A DNA stretch of 63,768 nt, the filler included, from Saprolegnia diclina VS20 (Eukaryota), in assembly GCF_000281045.1 (NCBI RefSeq). It is 3 parts of 2 records of this genome, joined end to end, with 100 filler letters (N's around TTAATTAATTAA, not from the genome) between each part and the next. Parts side by side here need not be neighbours in the genome. Positions count along the whole stretch, not along the records: positions 1 to 31,995 come from NW_008246124.1; 2 more parts are not named here. One strand, given 5' to 3'. The notes beneath the pieces are model-generated. The model was not told the DNA's origin. It did not search any database and worked only from the letters and a program-made list of their open reading frames with translations. The position numbers and the translations under genes are program-made. Each line of letters starts with the position of its first letter. The stretch's first letter is position 1. Shown piece by piece: positions 12,038 through 23,508 of this stretch.

Positions 12038-12091
12038 TGATTATTTGGAATGTTTGGACCGTGATTATTTGGAATGTTTGGACCGTGATTA
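12038..12091. repeat. 24-bp tandem duplication TGATTATTTGGAATGTTTGGACCG x2.25 in the HSF copy 3 promoter
   Basis: Exact copies at 12038-12061 and 12062-12085 plus a partial TGATTA. Confidence 0.9.
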
Positions 12092-12504
12092 GATGCCGAT
12101 GATGAGTCTAAGACCATCATTCGACATGCAAATGTCATTGATTGGCTACTGGAGATCCTATAAGCCAATCCAATGCGTCTTATTTAACTGTGCGTGTCGC
12201 AGATTGCGTTTCAGCCACACGTATCGTTCGGACGAAGACAAAATGGCATCAATCCCACCGTCTACTACTAATCGTCGCTGCAGTAAACGCCGCTGGCAGA
12301 AGACTGTCGAGTAGTATCATTTGATAATGATTAGTGTGTCTCTGCTGGACTAAAGTTGCATGTATAAAGCTTTGCTCAAAGTCGAAAGAAGCTTCGTTTC
12401 AAAGTATACGTCAAAATGCTGGACGATAGGGTGCTGCTGCACCAGTTATCACGAAGATCACAGTCCGAATCATTCCTTTAATTATATTATACTATTAGTT
12501 GTGT

Positions 12505-13209
12505 TTATACCTCGATCGCAGTGTCCAACGGCGGGTTCACAGGCGCCTGCGACAAAATATCGAGCACGTCGTCCACCATGGCCAAGTCTTCAACCGATAA
12601 GGCTGCCGAATGCCGACCCCAGTGGAGGGGCTCCATATCGTCCGCATCAGTATCGACGCACAAGCGCTTGGCGTCGGCACTGTCCGACTCGGCAGGTCGC
12701 TTTCTTGACACGACCAGCGTTGAAATGACTGCGGTCAACTGCGTCAGCTGCTGCGTAAGGAGCTCAAAGTTGGTTTGCACCGTCGAAATACGCTCGCGGA
12801 GCTCGGCGACGGGCGTCGTTTCGGGTTCGGGTTCGGTGTATTGGTCGGGCACGTCGGTTGTCGGCTGGTTGTGGCGGCGGATGGTGTGCATGAGCTCAGG
12901 CTCGTCCTGCAAGAAGGCTTCGTGCTCAAACTCCCACGCCAGGCTTGTCGGGTCGTCGCGCTTGCACTTGCGAAAGCCGTAAAAGTTGAGCTGCCGCACA
13001 AAGCTCAGAAAGTTGCTGTGGCGAAAGTACTGCGGCAGAAGGTCCCGCGAGAACGCGTACGGGTCGTGGATGAGGATCGTCGACCCGTGGTTGGACCACT
13101 GCGCGATGTGGGCGGGCGCGTCGGTCATGAGCGCGTACGTCTTCTGGATGAACTGCGGTGCAACTTGGGTGCTTGAGAGGGCCGCAGACTTGCGCTTCGG
13201 TGAGATCAT
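12505..13209 (-). CDS. HSF-type transcription factor, array copy 4
   Basis: [37 protein letters not shown], coiled coil, bipartite NLS-like RKRP...[13 protein letters not shown]. Inr-like TCACTTTTCCATTC at 13231-13244 supports ATG 13209. Confidence 0.92.
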   Translation of the reverse strand: MISPKRKSAALSSTQVAPQFIQKTYALMTDAPAHIAQWSNHGSTILIHDPYAFSRDLLPQYFRHSNFLSFVRQLNFYGFRKCKRDDPTSLAWEFEHEAFLQDEPELMHTIRRHNQPTTDVPDQYTEPEPETTPVAELRERISTVQTNFELLTQQLTQLTAVISTLVVSRKRPAESDSADAKRLCVDTDADDMEPLHWGRHSAALSVEDLAMVDDVLDILSQAPVNPPLDTAIEV

Positions 13210-13690
13210 GTTGTGTTGTCGGTATAGAGAGAATGGAAAAGTGAGGGCTTCCGACAAGGTCTTTGGACCTCGGAAGATCGCGGTGATGTGATCATGTACG
13301 AAACCTGCGCACGAAATCGGCCATTGATGGCGTAATCCGAGCTTCACTCGAATTCAGTATGGACGCGACCAGCATGCGCAGGATTGGTCCAAAAGGAACC
13401 AATGAAATCGCGTTGGATAACTCTTCCAACTTGTCCCGGGCCTGATTACGACGACCTGCGAGCGCACAGAAGTTCGTTCCATCCTTGATATCGCGCACCA
13501 TCAGTTTGCCTCATCACACCCGGAACGCAAAATGACGTGGCGCCCCCAGAATGATTTGAAGATCTATAAGCTCCATGTTTACCACCGGCTTCGAGTTGAT
13601 TCGCGGCTGATCTAGACGCATGGGGCATGCAAACTGCTGCCTTAAATACTTTACAGCAAAGCTATTTTACGGGTGGCTGGTGGGCTCAAT

Positions 13691-14353
13691 TCACAACGAC
13701 AAGATGGCAAGGACATCGTCCACCATGGCCAAGTCCTGCGCCGTAAACTCGACGTTGCGAATACGCAGTGGTGGCTGCGCCTGCACCACGTGTACACTAT
13801 TTACCTGCGCGCGCAGGTCCTCCTCGTCGTACTCTCGGACGAGCTCTGCCACGCACTCGCTAAGCTGTGCCACTTGGCCCGAGAGGCGGTCAAAGTGGGC
13901 TTGGACGGCCTGAAGGTTTTGTCGGAGCGTCGCGACCGGGCTCAGCTCGGGCTCGGCCACGTCGGCCACGTCATTGGGCGATGCCGGTGGCGGCGGCGTA
14001 TTGCGCCGAATCGCGTGCATGCGCTCGGGCGCGTCGCGCAGAAAGTGTTCGTGCTGAAACTCCCACGTAAACGCTTCGGCGTCCTCGACCTTGTACTTGT
14101 GGAAGCCGTAAAAATTGAGCTGCCGCACGAACGAGAGGAAATTCCGGTGCTTGAAATAGCGCGGCAACACGTCCCGCGAGAACGCGTACGGGTCGTGGAC
14201 CAAGATTGTCGTGCCGTCGTTGTGCCACTGGGCAATGTGAGCAGGCGCGTGACAGAAGAGCGCGTGGGTCTTTTGAATAAACTGCGGCGCCGTCGCGCGC
14301 TTCGACGACTTGCGCGTCGGCGACAAGAAGGAGGACGAGGCGCGTTGAGTCAT
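13691..14353 (-). CDS. HSF-type transcription factor, array copy 5
   Basis: [32 protein letters not shown], coiled coil, MVDDVLAILSL. Inr/FPR TCATTTGCGATTTC at 14368-14381 supports ATG 14353. Confidence 0.92.
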   Translation of the reverse strand: MTQRASSSFLSPTRKSSKRATAPQFIQKTHALFCHAPAHIAQWHNDGTTILVHDPYAFSRDVLPRYFKHRNFLSFVRQLNFYGFHKYKVEDAEAFTWEFQHEHFLRDAPERMHAIRRNTPPPPASPNDVADVAEPELSPVATLRQNLQAVQAHFDRLSGQVAQLSECVAELVREYDEEDLRAQVNSVHVVQAQPPLRIRNVEFTAQDLAMVDDVLAILSL

Positions 14354-14440
14354 CGGCGATGGCCGCGGAAATCGCAAATGATGCGTGTCGAAGCAAACGC
14401 ACCCGCCACGGTGGACCGATGCCACTAGATACCTTGCGGT

Positions 14441-14486
14441 TTGTATGGGCGAGATCGCGCCCTTGGATTGGCGCAAAGCAGCCAAT
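14441..14486 (-). promoter_or_regulatory. Shared HSF-array promoter module (example in copy 5): TTGTATGGGC then inverted CCAAT pair ATTGG-N10-CCAAT
   Basis: The same arrangement occurs upstream of copies 2, 4, 6 and 8, and in part upstream of copies 1, 7 and 9 (see findings). Confidence 0.65.
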
Positions 14487-15124
14487 GCGAGGCGGCGTCT
14501 CCGGCCTGTCGCAGATGATTTGATAAGAGTTGCGCCGTGTCGGGTCTCGGGTAATCGCGGGAACTGGGCAACGGCTCGCCGCCGTGTTGCGTCGACAAGT
14601 GCCCTTTGACGTGGCCGCGTCGACATAGAAGAAAAGGATGTCGCCGCTGAGGAAGCGCCCGCAGCTGCCTCGATTAGCGGTACTTGGACCCGTTGGCATG
14701 AATCCAGTGCTGCATATATGCGTCGAGCTAAGCACTTGGCGACGTGTGCTGCTCGAACAGAGCGAGCTCCACCTCGAGTTCAGGAACCAATGCCGTAGAT
14801 CCGTCCGTCTGGCACCGCCAACTGATCAAGCCTCACGTGGCACGCTAGAAAAGACCGACGACGCCCCACGTCGCGCCAAGTGTCAAAGAAGCTTGGAATG
14901 GGCTGTACTCCGTGGTGACTCTGCCATCATCAGGCAAAAGCCACGCGCCAAAGATGCCAGGTGTATCTCCACAAAGGTCGTCGTGCGCGTGACATGCTTC
15001 GTCCCTAGCATACACGCTGTGCTGCGCTTCCATGAGCACGACAAGGCACGGTAGCAAGTCTTGGCAACAGAGTGCAATAAGCTAAAATAAGATTGGGTCG
15101 ATTAAATTATGGTATGGGATGCGC

Positions 15125-15820
15125 TTAGGCGACTCGGCGGCGACGGATGCACATCCACGTGAGCGGCTTCCACGGCGGCATGACCGTCGGCCGCTCCAGT
15201 GCGTCAAGGACGTCCTCAACCATGTCCATCTCGTCCGCAGAGAAGCTGTCGCTCTTGCCGTCAATGTCCAGCGGCGCCCAGCCAGCTTCTTCGTCGTCGA
15301 CGCGCTTGCGCTTCTTCGGTGCGGCCGGCGGCGCTACGGGCGTTGGCGCTTCGGGCAATGGCGCTTCCGACGACTGCGCCCGTGCGAGAGACGCGACCGC
15401 CGACGTGAGTTGCTTCACCTGCTGCGTGAGCGCATCAAACTGGGTTTGCATGACCGAAATCTCGTGGCGGAGGTCCTCGACCGGGTTTTCCTTCTCGACG
15501 AGTTCGAGGTGCGCCTTGCGCTTGATTTGGCACAGGAGCTCGGGCTGGTCACGCAAGAAGAGGTCGTGGTGGAACTCCCACGACAAGCGCGTCGCAAACT
15601 TGCTCTTGAACTTGCGGAAGCCATAAAAGTTGAGCTGGCGCACGAACGAGAGAAAGTTGTTGTGCTTGAAGTACTTGGGCAAGACGTCGTGGGCGAAGAG
15701 GTGCGGGTCGTGGATCAAGAGCGTCGTGCCCTCGTGCGCCCACTGCGCAATGTGCGTCGGCGCGTCGCAGAAGAGCGCGTGGGCCTTCTGGATGAACTGG
15801 GCGGCGATCGGCGATGTCAT
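15125..15820 (-). CDS. HSF-type transcription factor, array copy 6
   Basis: [32 protein letters not shown], coiled coil, SV40-like NLS PKKRKRV, MVEDVLDALE. Inr-like TCATTCTGCCTTTT at 15845-15858 favours ATG 15820 over 15865. Confidence 0.92.
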   Translation of the reverse strand: MTSPIAAQFIQKAHALFCDAPTHIAQWAHEGTTLLIHDPHLFAHDVLPKYFKHNNFLSFVRQLNFYGFRKFKSKFATRLSWEFHHDLFLRDQPELLCQIKRKAHLELVEKENPVEDLRHEISVMQTQFDALTQQVKQLTSAVASLARAQSSEAPLPEAPTPVAPPAAPKKRKRVDDEEAGWAPLDIDGKSDSFSADEMDMVEDVLDALERPTVMPPWKPLTWMCIRRRRVA

Positions 15821-16518
15821 GGCTGCTGCTGCTTGGAACGGGGCAAAAGGCAGAATGAACGCCATTGGCCAACTACCTCATGTCGCAAGCTCGGATGATG
15901 ACTTGATCATCGCGGGGGCAACATCGAACGACGTAACGCTGCCGCACACTTGGCATTTGTATGGGCACATTTTGGCGCGCCAGGATTGGTCAAAAGGGAG
16001 CGAATCCGCGGGCTGGATTTAAAAAGTGGCACGGCGCCTCAAACGAATCACGTCGGATGCCACGACAGGCGATTACGAGGCGGCGGACCAACTGCGTATG
16101 CGGCGCCGAATCTCGTGCACGACTTCATCGACACCACCTGTATATCCCAGCGACTTGTCCATTCTCCTGCACCGGTAGTTTTCAGGCCAAAGCGAACTCT
16201 TTGGTCACCGCAAATCAGCGGCGCCATCGAGATATATTTGGTATCCACCGACATCACTAAAATTTCGCCAGTTTGCAAATTTGCTGATTGCTATGGCCGC
16301 ACGGATTGTGCGTGAGTTTTTTGGACATTTGTAGGACTTGTGCACGACGATTGCGCTACAATTGACCACCGTTTGAACGAGTTATCGCAACGCGTTTGGC
16401 TGATACCGTCGTACAAACTGCAGTGTGATCAACCTGTCGTCAATTGTCGCGCAATCAGTCCTTATTTGCTCGGTGGTAAGATCACTTAGTTCATACAATT
16501 TCTCATTGATTCGCTGTG

Positions 16519-17112
16519 TCAACGCATTCCATATACGTCGTTGTGGTGTGGTCCATCGTCGTCGCTGGAAGGCAATGATGGCTCGGTGGTTTCCTGTTGA
16601 TCGCGCACAAACTCGGAGAGGAGCGACGTGAGTGCTGAGATGCGCGCCACCATGTCTTGGCTGTTCCGCTGCAGCTCCTGCACCTGCATCTGGAGGTCCG
16701 GCAGCGTCTGTGGCGTGGCGTCACTAGTTGGCGGCGGCGCAACGTGCCCGTTGCGGCGGATCGTCGCGACGAGCTCTGGCGCGCTGCGTTGGAAGCGGTC
16801 GTGGATAAACTCCCACGCATATGACGCCTTCTCGGACGGCAGGTGGCTCAGCCCGTCCTCGGGCTTGTACTTGCGAAAGCCGTAAAAATTGAGCTGGCGC
16901 ACAAAGCTCAGAAAATTGCTGTGGTTGAAGTACAAGGGCAAAACATCCAGGGCAAACCGATGTGGGTCCTCGATGCGCACCGTGCGGCCGTCGCGGCCCC
17001 AGTGAGCGACGTGGCGTGGCGTCTCGCTGAAGAGCCGGAAGATTTTCTGCAGAAAGACGGGGCCGAGCACCGGCGCCGCCTCGGCCTTCACGCGCACTCG
17101 CTTCGACGGCAT
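16519..17112 (-). CDS. HSF-type transcription factor, array copy 7 (short C-terminus)
   Basis: PVFLQKIF...[32 protein letters not shown], then coiled coil. Start at 17112 (alternative 17151). Confidence 0.88.
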   Translation of the reverse strand: MPSKRVRVKAEAAPVLGPVFLQKIFRLFSETPRHVAHWGRDGRTVRIEDPHRFALDVLPLYFNHSNFLSFVRQLNFYGFRKYKPEDGLSHLPSEKASYAWEFIHDRFQRSAPELVATIRRNGHVAPPPTSDATPQTLPDLQMQVQELQRNSQDMVARISALTSLLSEFVRDQQETTEPSLPSSDDDGPHHNDVYGMR

Positions 17113-17946
17113 GCGTGTGCGAATGTGCCGGCGCGCGTCCCACAACAACATCTTGCGGCAACCGTGATTGGCTATAAACCCACCAATCCACGACCGCCGT
17201 GATTGTGATCACACGGGAAAATACGAATCCGATTCCGAGGGCCAGAGGCCACTTGGCCGCGCGCGATTGGACCATCGAGCGACGGGACGCTCCATGTCGC
17301 TCGTGCTATTCCCGCCCCAACGGCCACAACCCATAGCTTGCCATCGCACGTCTCGCTGCATAGTGGAGCTATTTCTTGCCTACCTTTGAAATACTTCAAT
17401 GCGCCCACTGAGGCGATTTCTACAAGGGAGCGTATGAGACGGTCATGGATCAGCGCAAGTACGCGTAGCTTCATAAGCAAGCCATCGATGGCTCTGGTCT
17501 AGTAGTTGTTGGGGCAGACGCCTAGAACATTTTTGAGCCGCCGTCGTTCCTCCTGTGCCACTGCTCCTACATGTATGCAGTGCGATCCTCGGGCAGCAGG
17601 CCAAGATTCATATCAGTTCTGATTGGCAGAACGAAAGGGCACAGTGATCAAGAAGCTGCAGGTTCAGTCCTCGATCCTTCCGTCCCAACCAGGAGCTGGT
17701 ACTGGCCGTGCCCCTAGCTACTCGCACGGAGGCTGCATGTTCTGTCAACAGTGGCGCCAGAGGCAAGGAGGACGTGCGAATCTCGTGCTGGGATTCAGAG
17801 GACACGAGGAATGAAAAGATACTGTACATCTTGTTGACATTAGGCGCCTCGTAGTCTTGAGATCGAAGGTACGAAGCAGCGTCAGGCAAGCAGTATAATC
17901 CACGCAGTCGGCGGATGATACACAGGCAGTGGGAACAATAAACTAA

Positions 17947-18705
17947 CTAAATGGGGCAGCAGAACGTCACGTTGGGGCCCGCGACGCACGCGCTGCCGAG
18001 CATCGTGCCGCAGCGCGCGTCCATGGGGAGGTCGAAGGACGCCAGCACCGAGTTGACGACCGTCGACTCGTCCTCCTCGGCGGCGAAGAGGTCGTCGAGC
18101 GACGGCATCGCGCTGTCGTCGGCGACAACATCAAAGAGGCCGTCAAAGTCCGAGGTGTCGGCGAGCTTGCTCTTCTTCATCGACGCTTCAGCGACGTCGT
18201 CTTCGTCGCGCGGCCGCTTCTGCGTCTGGATGAGCGTCGAGACGAGCGCCGTCAAGCTCGAGATCTGGTCCGTGAGCTGGTGGAACTGGCTCTGGAGCGA
18301 GTTGACCTGGTTCTTGAGCTCCTCGACTTCCTCCTTGTCGGTGCCGTCTCCCTCCGAGTACGTCTTGCGGCGAATCTGCACCATGAGCTCGGGCTTGGCG
18401 CGAAGGAACTTGTCGTGGTAGAACTCCCACCAGTGCTTGGTGTTTTCGTTGTTGACAAGCTCGACTTCTTCCTTCTTGTACTTGCGGAAGCCGTAAAAGT
18501 TGAGCTGGCGCACGAACGAGAGGAAGTTGTTGTGCTTGAAGTACTTGGGCAGCATCATGGTGGCGAACTGCTGCGGGTCCTTGATGACGATCGTCGTGCC
18601 GTTGTTGGCCCACGCAGCGATGCTCGACGGCGACTCTTCGAAGAGCGTGTACGTCTTCTGGATAAAGATGGGCGCGGACGCCGTCGTCGTCTTCGGGGAC
18701 TTCAT
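17947..18705 (-). CDS. HSF-type transcription factor, array copy 8
   Basis: PIFIQKTY...[29 protein letters not shown]...[25 protein letters not shown], coiled coil, KRPR...KKSK. ATG 18705. Confidence 0.94.
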   Translation of the reverse strand: MKSPKTTTASAPIFIQKTYTLFEESPSSIAAWANNGTTIVIKDPQQFATMMLPKYFKHNNFLSFVRQLNFYGFRKYKKEEVELVNNENTKHWWEFYHDKFLRAKPELMVQIRRKTYSEGDGTDKEEVEELKNQVNSLQSQFHQLTDQISSLTALVSTLIQTQKRPRDEDDVAEASMKKSKLADTSDFDGLFDVVADDSAMPSLDDLFAAEEDESTVVNSVLASFDLPMDARCGTMLGSACVAGPNVTFCCPI

Positions 18706-21067
18706 GATGTGATCGACGCAAGGCAAAATGCAAACTGGCCTCTCCTCGTGGCCATGGAAGCGCCACGGAAGCACCGCATTGTGCTGATTAGGCGATCATG
18801 CCCAACTACGAAATCATACCTTTATCTGCGAAATTGTATGGGCGGACCACGGCGCGCTGTGATTGGCTATAGACCAACCAATGAGGTACCGCATTGGGAC
18901 TTGTCATTGATGATGCGGTGCAAATTGATCAGGCAATCCGAGCGCCCAATATATATTGGCCAGCAATGGCGGGCAGAATGACGTGGCAGCTTATAAACGC
19001 GCGCGCGTGTTATCGGCCAGTTGTCCGTCCCACCTTTGAAGCCATGAGCTTGTGCGCTATTCTGTGCTTCACTTTTCGAATTTGACGCGCGAGGACGAGT
19101 GAAAATGTATGCGCCGATCTCTGCCAGAACGCGCCAGAGGCTCGCTATGCCTCGGCTGTGTCGAGCGTTTGCTAGAGATAGAGGATGCGAGTGGGAGCAA
19201 GGCCATGTACTAGTGCTACGCAGGTCAACACAGAGAGAGCTGCGGGTTGGCGACCCCTTGAACGTACCACTTTGAGCTCCGACACTGGCGTGGAACCACA
19301 CGGCCCAAAGCACACGACCGACCTACTAGCATTGCAGAGATCGGCGAGCGCACCGTCAGGAGCCCTTAGCCCAGTACCAAGGCGGCGGCTCAGGGCGGAT
19401 GGACGAGAGATCCGAGTGGTGTCGATGCATTCATCAAAGCTCCTCGGTGCCAAATCCGTTCTCTGCATGCTCGAGTGGCGTTTCCATCGTTTGGCCGTTC
19501 GCCGTTTGGTTGTGGCCAGGCGTGATCTCACTTTGGAACGCAGGGCGTTGGCCGCAGCAACCTTTGTGCGGCGAATGAGCCCCGCGACGTTGCTCTGGGC
19601 TCCAGCATGGAATATGTACTGGACAACAACGTCCAGCTGCGAGGCTCCGGTTCTCGCTCCAATTCTCTCGCGAGGCTGCTCTTCAGGTGCACGGTGCACG
19701 GGCATCCCACGGCCATGTCACCCGAATTCATTCCGATAGGCTTGCCCCGTCCACGTCTCCGCGCGGAGAAGATCGTCGCTTGTACACTGCAGCAGTATCT
19801 CATCCGCCCTGAGAGACTATTCCATACTCCCTTCAACCAGTATGGCTCGATGGCCTGCCCTTCGTTGTGACGCTGCTAAGAGTAGCATTGCGGCCGTGCT
19901 TGGCGAGAACACCTTGCTGGCCAAACGACGACTAGAGTCACCCACGAGCGGCGCCTCCCACGGATCAGCGGCCCACAACCCATTTGAGAATGGCGGCCGG
20001 AACCTGGCAGGATCGAGTACCCTCGCGCCTCGATGGCAAATGCTCGTCAAGTCCTAGCGGCGGTGATAGGGAGTGCGATTGGATTGAAGTGACCAGTCGA
20101 AACGTGTAGGATCGGGACTGAGTCCATCGACGCGGCCAAGAAGGTTTTGCACTGGTGGTACATTTGCCAATCAAAAGTGCAATCGCCAAAACGAACGTTG
20201 GAAGAAGGAAGTGGCGCGGCGAGCACGCCGCGTCTGTCTCGTCTCGCCAGCGTCCATTGTGGGTGGGGCTCAGTTGGGACATCTGCCACGACCAGAAACT
20301 CAAATCTGAAAATGATGTGCCTTGCCGCAAAGAGTTATCCGGGAGTCTGGCCACACCAAACTTTTTTCACCTCGTGCGCTCCGCCCCTTGCGCAGATGGA
20401 GCTGGAACCACGGCCAGACGCGCCTCATACCTTCTATAACCGTCTGAACGCGTGACCTACCGAAGGCGCAGCGTTCAACGGCCGAGACGTCGCCTCGCAG
20501 TCTGGGCCTCAAGAACTTTATCGCGTCGGGCACATCCTTCAGCGTGATTGCGCGCCCTGCATCCAATTCCAATCGGCGGTGCTTGTCGCATTGAACTTGC
20601 GTCAACTTCCGGCCTACTGTTGCATAATCAGTGTCTCTCTCCCGCTCTCAGCACCTTCTACGCGTTGAAAACACGTACGAATCTTGCATTTTTACACTAG
20701 ATATATCAATCATTGTGTTTAAAAAGGTGTTGAAATGCATACTGTACACTATATTTCATCTCTGAGATAGGTACGACAAAGCGAACACCCACCCTCGTAC
20801 CACATGGTTGAATCTAAGGTGAGGCTCGGAAAGGCCGGCCCACGGCAACCGGCCTTTTTCACGGTGAAAATTCCGCGTGGTATTTGACGTTTGGCATCGT
20901 GCAATTTTCACCAGCATCGCGCTCCTCGCGTGATCTGCGACATGGCGTTGGCGTTCGGCCAATCACGTGGTGTATTGGGGCACATAGCGGTGGGATTGGT
21001 CTCTTTTTGACCAATGAGCGCGCATGGCCCAACGAGGCGATGAGGCCAAGTCATTTCCGATTTTGCC

Positions 21068-21943
21068 ATGAAGGCCGCGTCCGCCCCCAAGTCCAAGGCG
21101 TCGTCCGCGCCCATCTTCCTCCAGAAGACGTACACGATGTTCGAGAACTCGCCCGACAGCGTCGCCTCGTGGGCCAACAACGGCACGACCATCGTGGTCA
21201 AGGACCCGCAGGAGTTTGCGCGCACGATGCTGCCCAAGTACTTCAAGCACAACAACTTTGCCTCGTTCGTGCGCCAGCTCAACTTTTACGGCTTCCGCAA
21301 GTACAAGAAGGAGGACATTATGATCGTCGAGGACGATGTGACCAAGCACTGGTGGGAGTTTTACCACGACAAGTTCTTGCGCCACCACCCGGAGCTCATG
21401 GCCCAGATCCGCCGCAAGACCTACTCGGAGGCCGGCGAGCCGACCGAGAAGGAGGAAGTCGAGGTGCTCAAGAGCCAAGTCACGTCGCTCCAGTCGCAGC
21501 TCTCGCAGCTCACCAACCAGATTACCAACTTGACCTCGGTCGTCTCGACGCTCATGGAGACGCAAAAGCGGGCGCTCGAGTCCGTGCCGGAACACGCGCC
21601 GCCGTCGCCCAAGAAGCAGAAGACGGCCGCGCACGACGACTCGGAGCACCTCGTCAAGTTGGAGCCGATGCTCATGGACGTGGCTCCTTCGCCGCCGTCG
21701 CTCGCGCACCAGAACAGCCTCAACTTGGACGACGAGTTTATGATGTTTGACGACCGCCACTTTGGCAGCTTTGACGAAACTGCGACGTCGATGCAAGACC
21801 TGCTCGAAGCGTTCCCCAAGGTCCCCAATGCGGCGCCGTCGTCATCCTCAACAGCTTCCGCGAACGCGGCCGAGAGCCTCGCCCGGTGTTCGCCGTCGCT
21901 GGTCATGCCCATGGGCTTCCCCTTCTCGACGCCCCTCCAGTAG
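21068..21943 (+). CDS. HSF-type transcription factor, array copy 9
   Basis: PIFLQKTY...[29 protein letters not shown]...[25 protein letters not shown]. Inr/FPR TCATTTCCGATTTT at 21051-21064. Confidence 0.95.
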   Translation: MKAASAPKSKASSAPIFLQKTYTMFENSPDSVASWANNGTTIVVKDPQEFARTMLPKYFKHNNFASFVRQLNFYGFRKYKKEDIMIVEDDVTKHWWEFYHDKFLRHHPELMAQIRRKTYSEAGEPTEKEEVEVLKSQVTSLQSQLSQLTNQITNLTSVVSTLMETQKRALESVPEHAPPSPKKQKTAAHDDSEHLVKLEPMLMDVAPSPPSLAHQNSLNLDDEFMMFDDRHFGSFDETATSMQDLLEAFPKVPNAAPSSSSTASANAAESLARCSPSLVMPMGFPFSTPLQ

Positions 21944-22833
21944 GCGCGTCCGAGCTCCTTGATAGTGTTAGTTTTTGTTAGAATTGTTAGATACATTGCC
22001 TCGGGGGTGCCATATTTGCGGCACTCCCAATACTTCTGTGCTGGCGTTCGCATTGCCTTGGCTCACACCCTCCACCATGTCTATCTCGAGGAAGATCATG
22101 TTGGCGGTCGTAAGTACGCAAGGCGCAGCGGATTGCTCCGGCCACACTATTCACGCAACACACGGAGGGCAGCTGGGACTCTATGTTGATGATGCAAGGC
22201 GTGAATTTGCATACACTTGATGCAGCGGCGGACGACATTGCCGTTCACCCTTTGAGATTCAGAAGTCCGGTCTCGTTTGAGTCCGTCCTTCGTGTCGCAA
22301 TCTCTGGGTACGCGATGCTGGTAAACACCGAGGCAGCCATGACATACCAGTGCAAGGGTATCGCGCCCCAGCCCTGCGTATGCCTGCAGCGGCGACGTTC
22401 CATCCTTTGGCCGAGTTGCCAGGCAGTTGAAGAGGAGGCGACCGCGATGTGGCGCTGGCCTCGTAATCCGCCTTCGGGCGCATGCGTGATGCGAGCGCCA
22501 TGTGCAATGGATGATGTTGATGGCCACAGACAGGCATAACGTCAACGAATTGCGAGGGATACCGGGTCACCTGCGTCAATGATGTTGATGGTTGGCGCGC
22601 AGGATGTAGACGGCGTTGGACTTTCTCGGAGCTGCCACCTTGCAGTTGGGACTTGGCGGTGGCCCAAGTGCCGCCGTGGGCCGGGCCCATGACCGCGGCC
22701 ACGAGGCTTGCGTCACGGCCTTGCCACGCTGGCTACTTGCAGCGGCTGCCACGTATGCACCCACCCACATACAAGAACACAGATGTTTAAATAAGATCTT
22801 AGATATATATTATAGTGAACGCTTTGAATGCAG

Positions 22834-23508
22834 CTAATACATGACGACGGAGGGGACGGACGAGGAATGGTGTCCTGCGAGCAACTGCTGGAACTCGGAC
22901 GTGGCGGCTTCGTCTTGGTTGCTCGTCATCATGTCGAGGTACTCGAGATCCTGCAGAAAGCTGTCCTGCTTCTTCATCGGCGGTAGCACGATTGGCGCCG
23001 GCGTCTGGGCTTGGTCCACGACCGTCTGGATCATCGAGCTGAGGTGGCTCAGCGTGCCCGTGAGCTTGGTGAGCTGCGACTGCAAGTCCGAGACTTGCTG
23101 GCGGAGGTCGTCGACTTGGCTCGTCGGGTGCGCGGGCGGCGACGAGAAAGACGTATCGTCGTCCGAGTTGTTGGTCTTGCGCTTGATCTTGGCCATCAAG
23201 TGCGGCTTGTGCTGGTGAAAGTTTTCGTGGTAAAACTCCCACGAATTCTTAATGTCGGACGACTCGAGCGCAACAAGGAGCACCTCTTTCTTGGACTTGC
23301 GGAAGCCGTAAAAGTTGAGCTGGCGCACAAAGCTCGAAAAGTTGCTGTGCTTGAAGTACTTGGGCAGCATGAGCGACGCAAACTCCTTGGGGTCCTTGAC
23401 GACAAAGGTCGCGCCGTCCGGCGCCCACGCCGCAATCTCGGTCGGCGACTGCGAGACCATGTCGAAGGTCTTCTTGAGGAAGATCGCGGCCGTCGACGAT
23501 TTGATCAT
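22834..23508 (-). CDS. HSF-type transcription factor, array copy 10
   Basis: AIFLKKTF...[33 protein letters not shown]...[21 protein letters not shown], then coiled coil. Confidence 0.94.
   Translation of the reverse strand: MIKSSTAAIFLKKTFDMVSQSPTEIAAWAPDGATFVVKDPKEFASLMLPKYFKHSNFSSFVRQLNFYGFRKSKKEVLLVALESSDIKNSWEFYHENFHQHKPHLMAKIKRKTNNSDDDTSFSSPPAHPTSQVDDLRQQVSDLQSQLTKLTGTLSHLSSMIQTVVDQAQTPAPIVLPPMKKQDSFLQDLEYLDMMTSNQDEAATSEFQQLLAGHHSSSVPSVVMY

Noticed and set aside
12038..12091. Short direct repeats here and at 5519-5558 as CRISPR-like arrays
   Set aside because: Two adjacent copies, no spacers, no cas genes and a eukaryotic context; simple slippage duplications.
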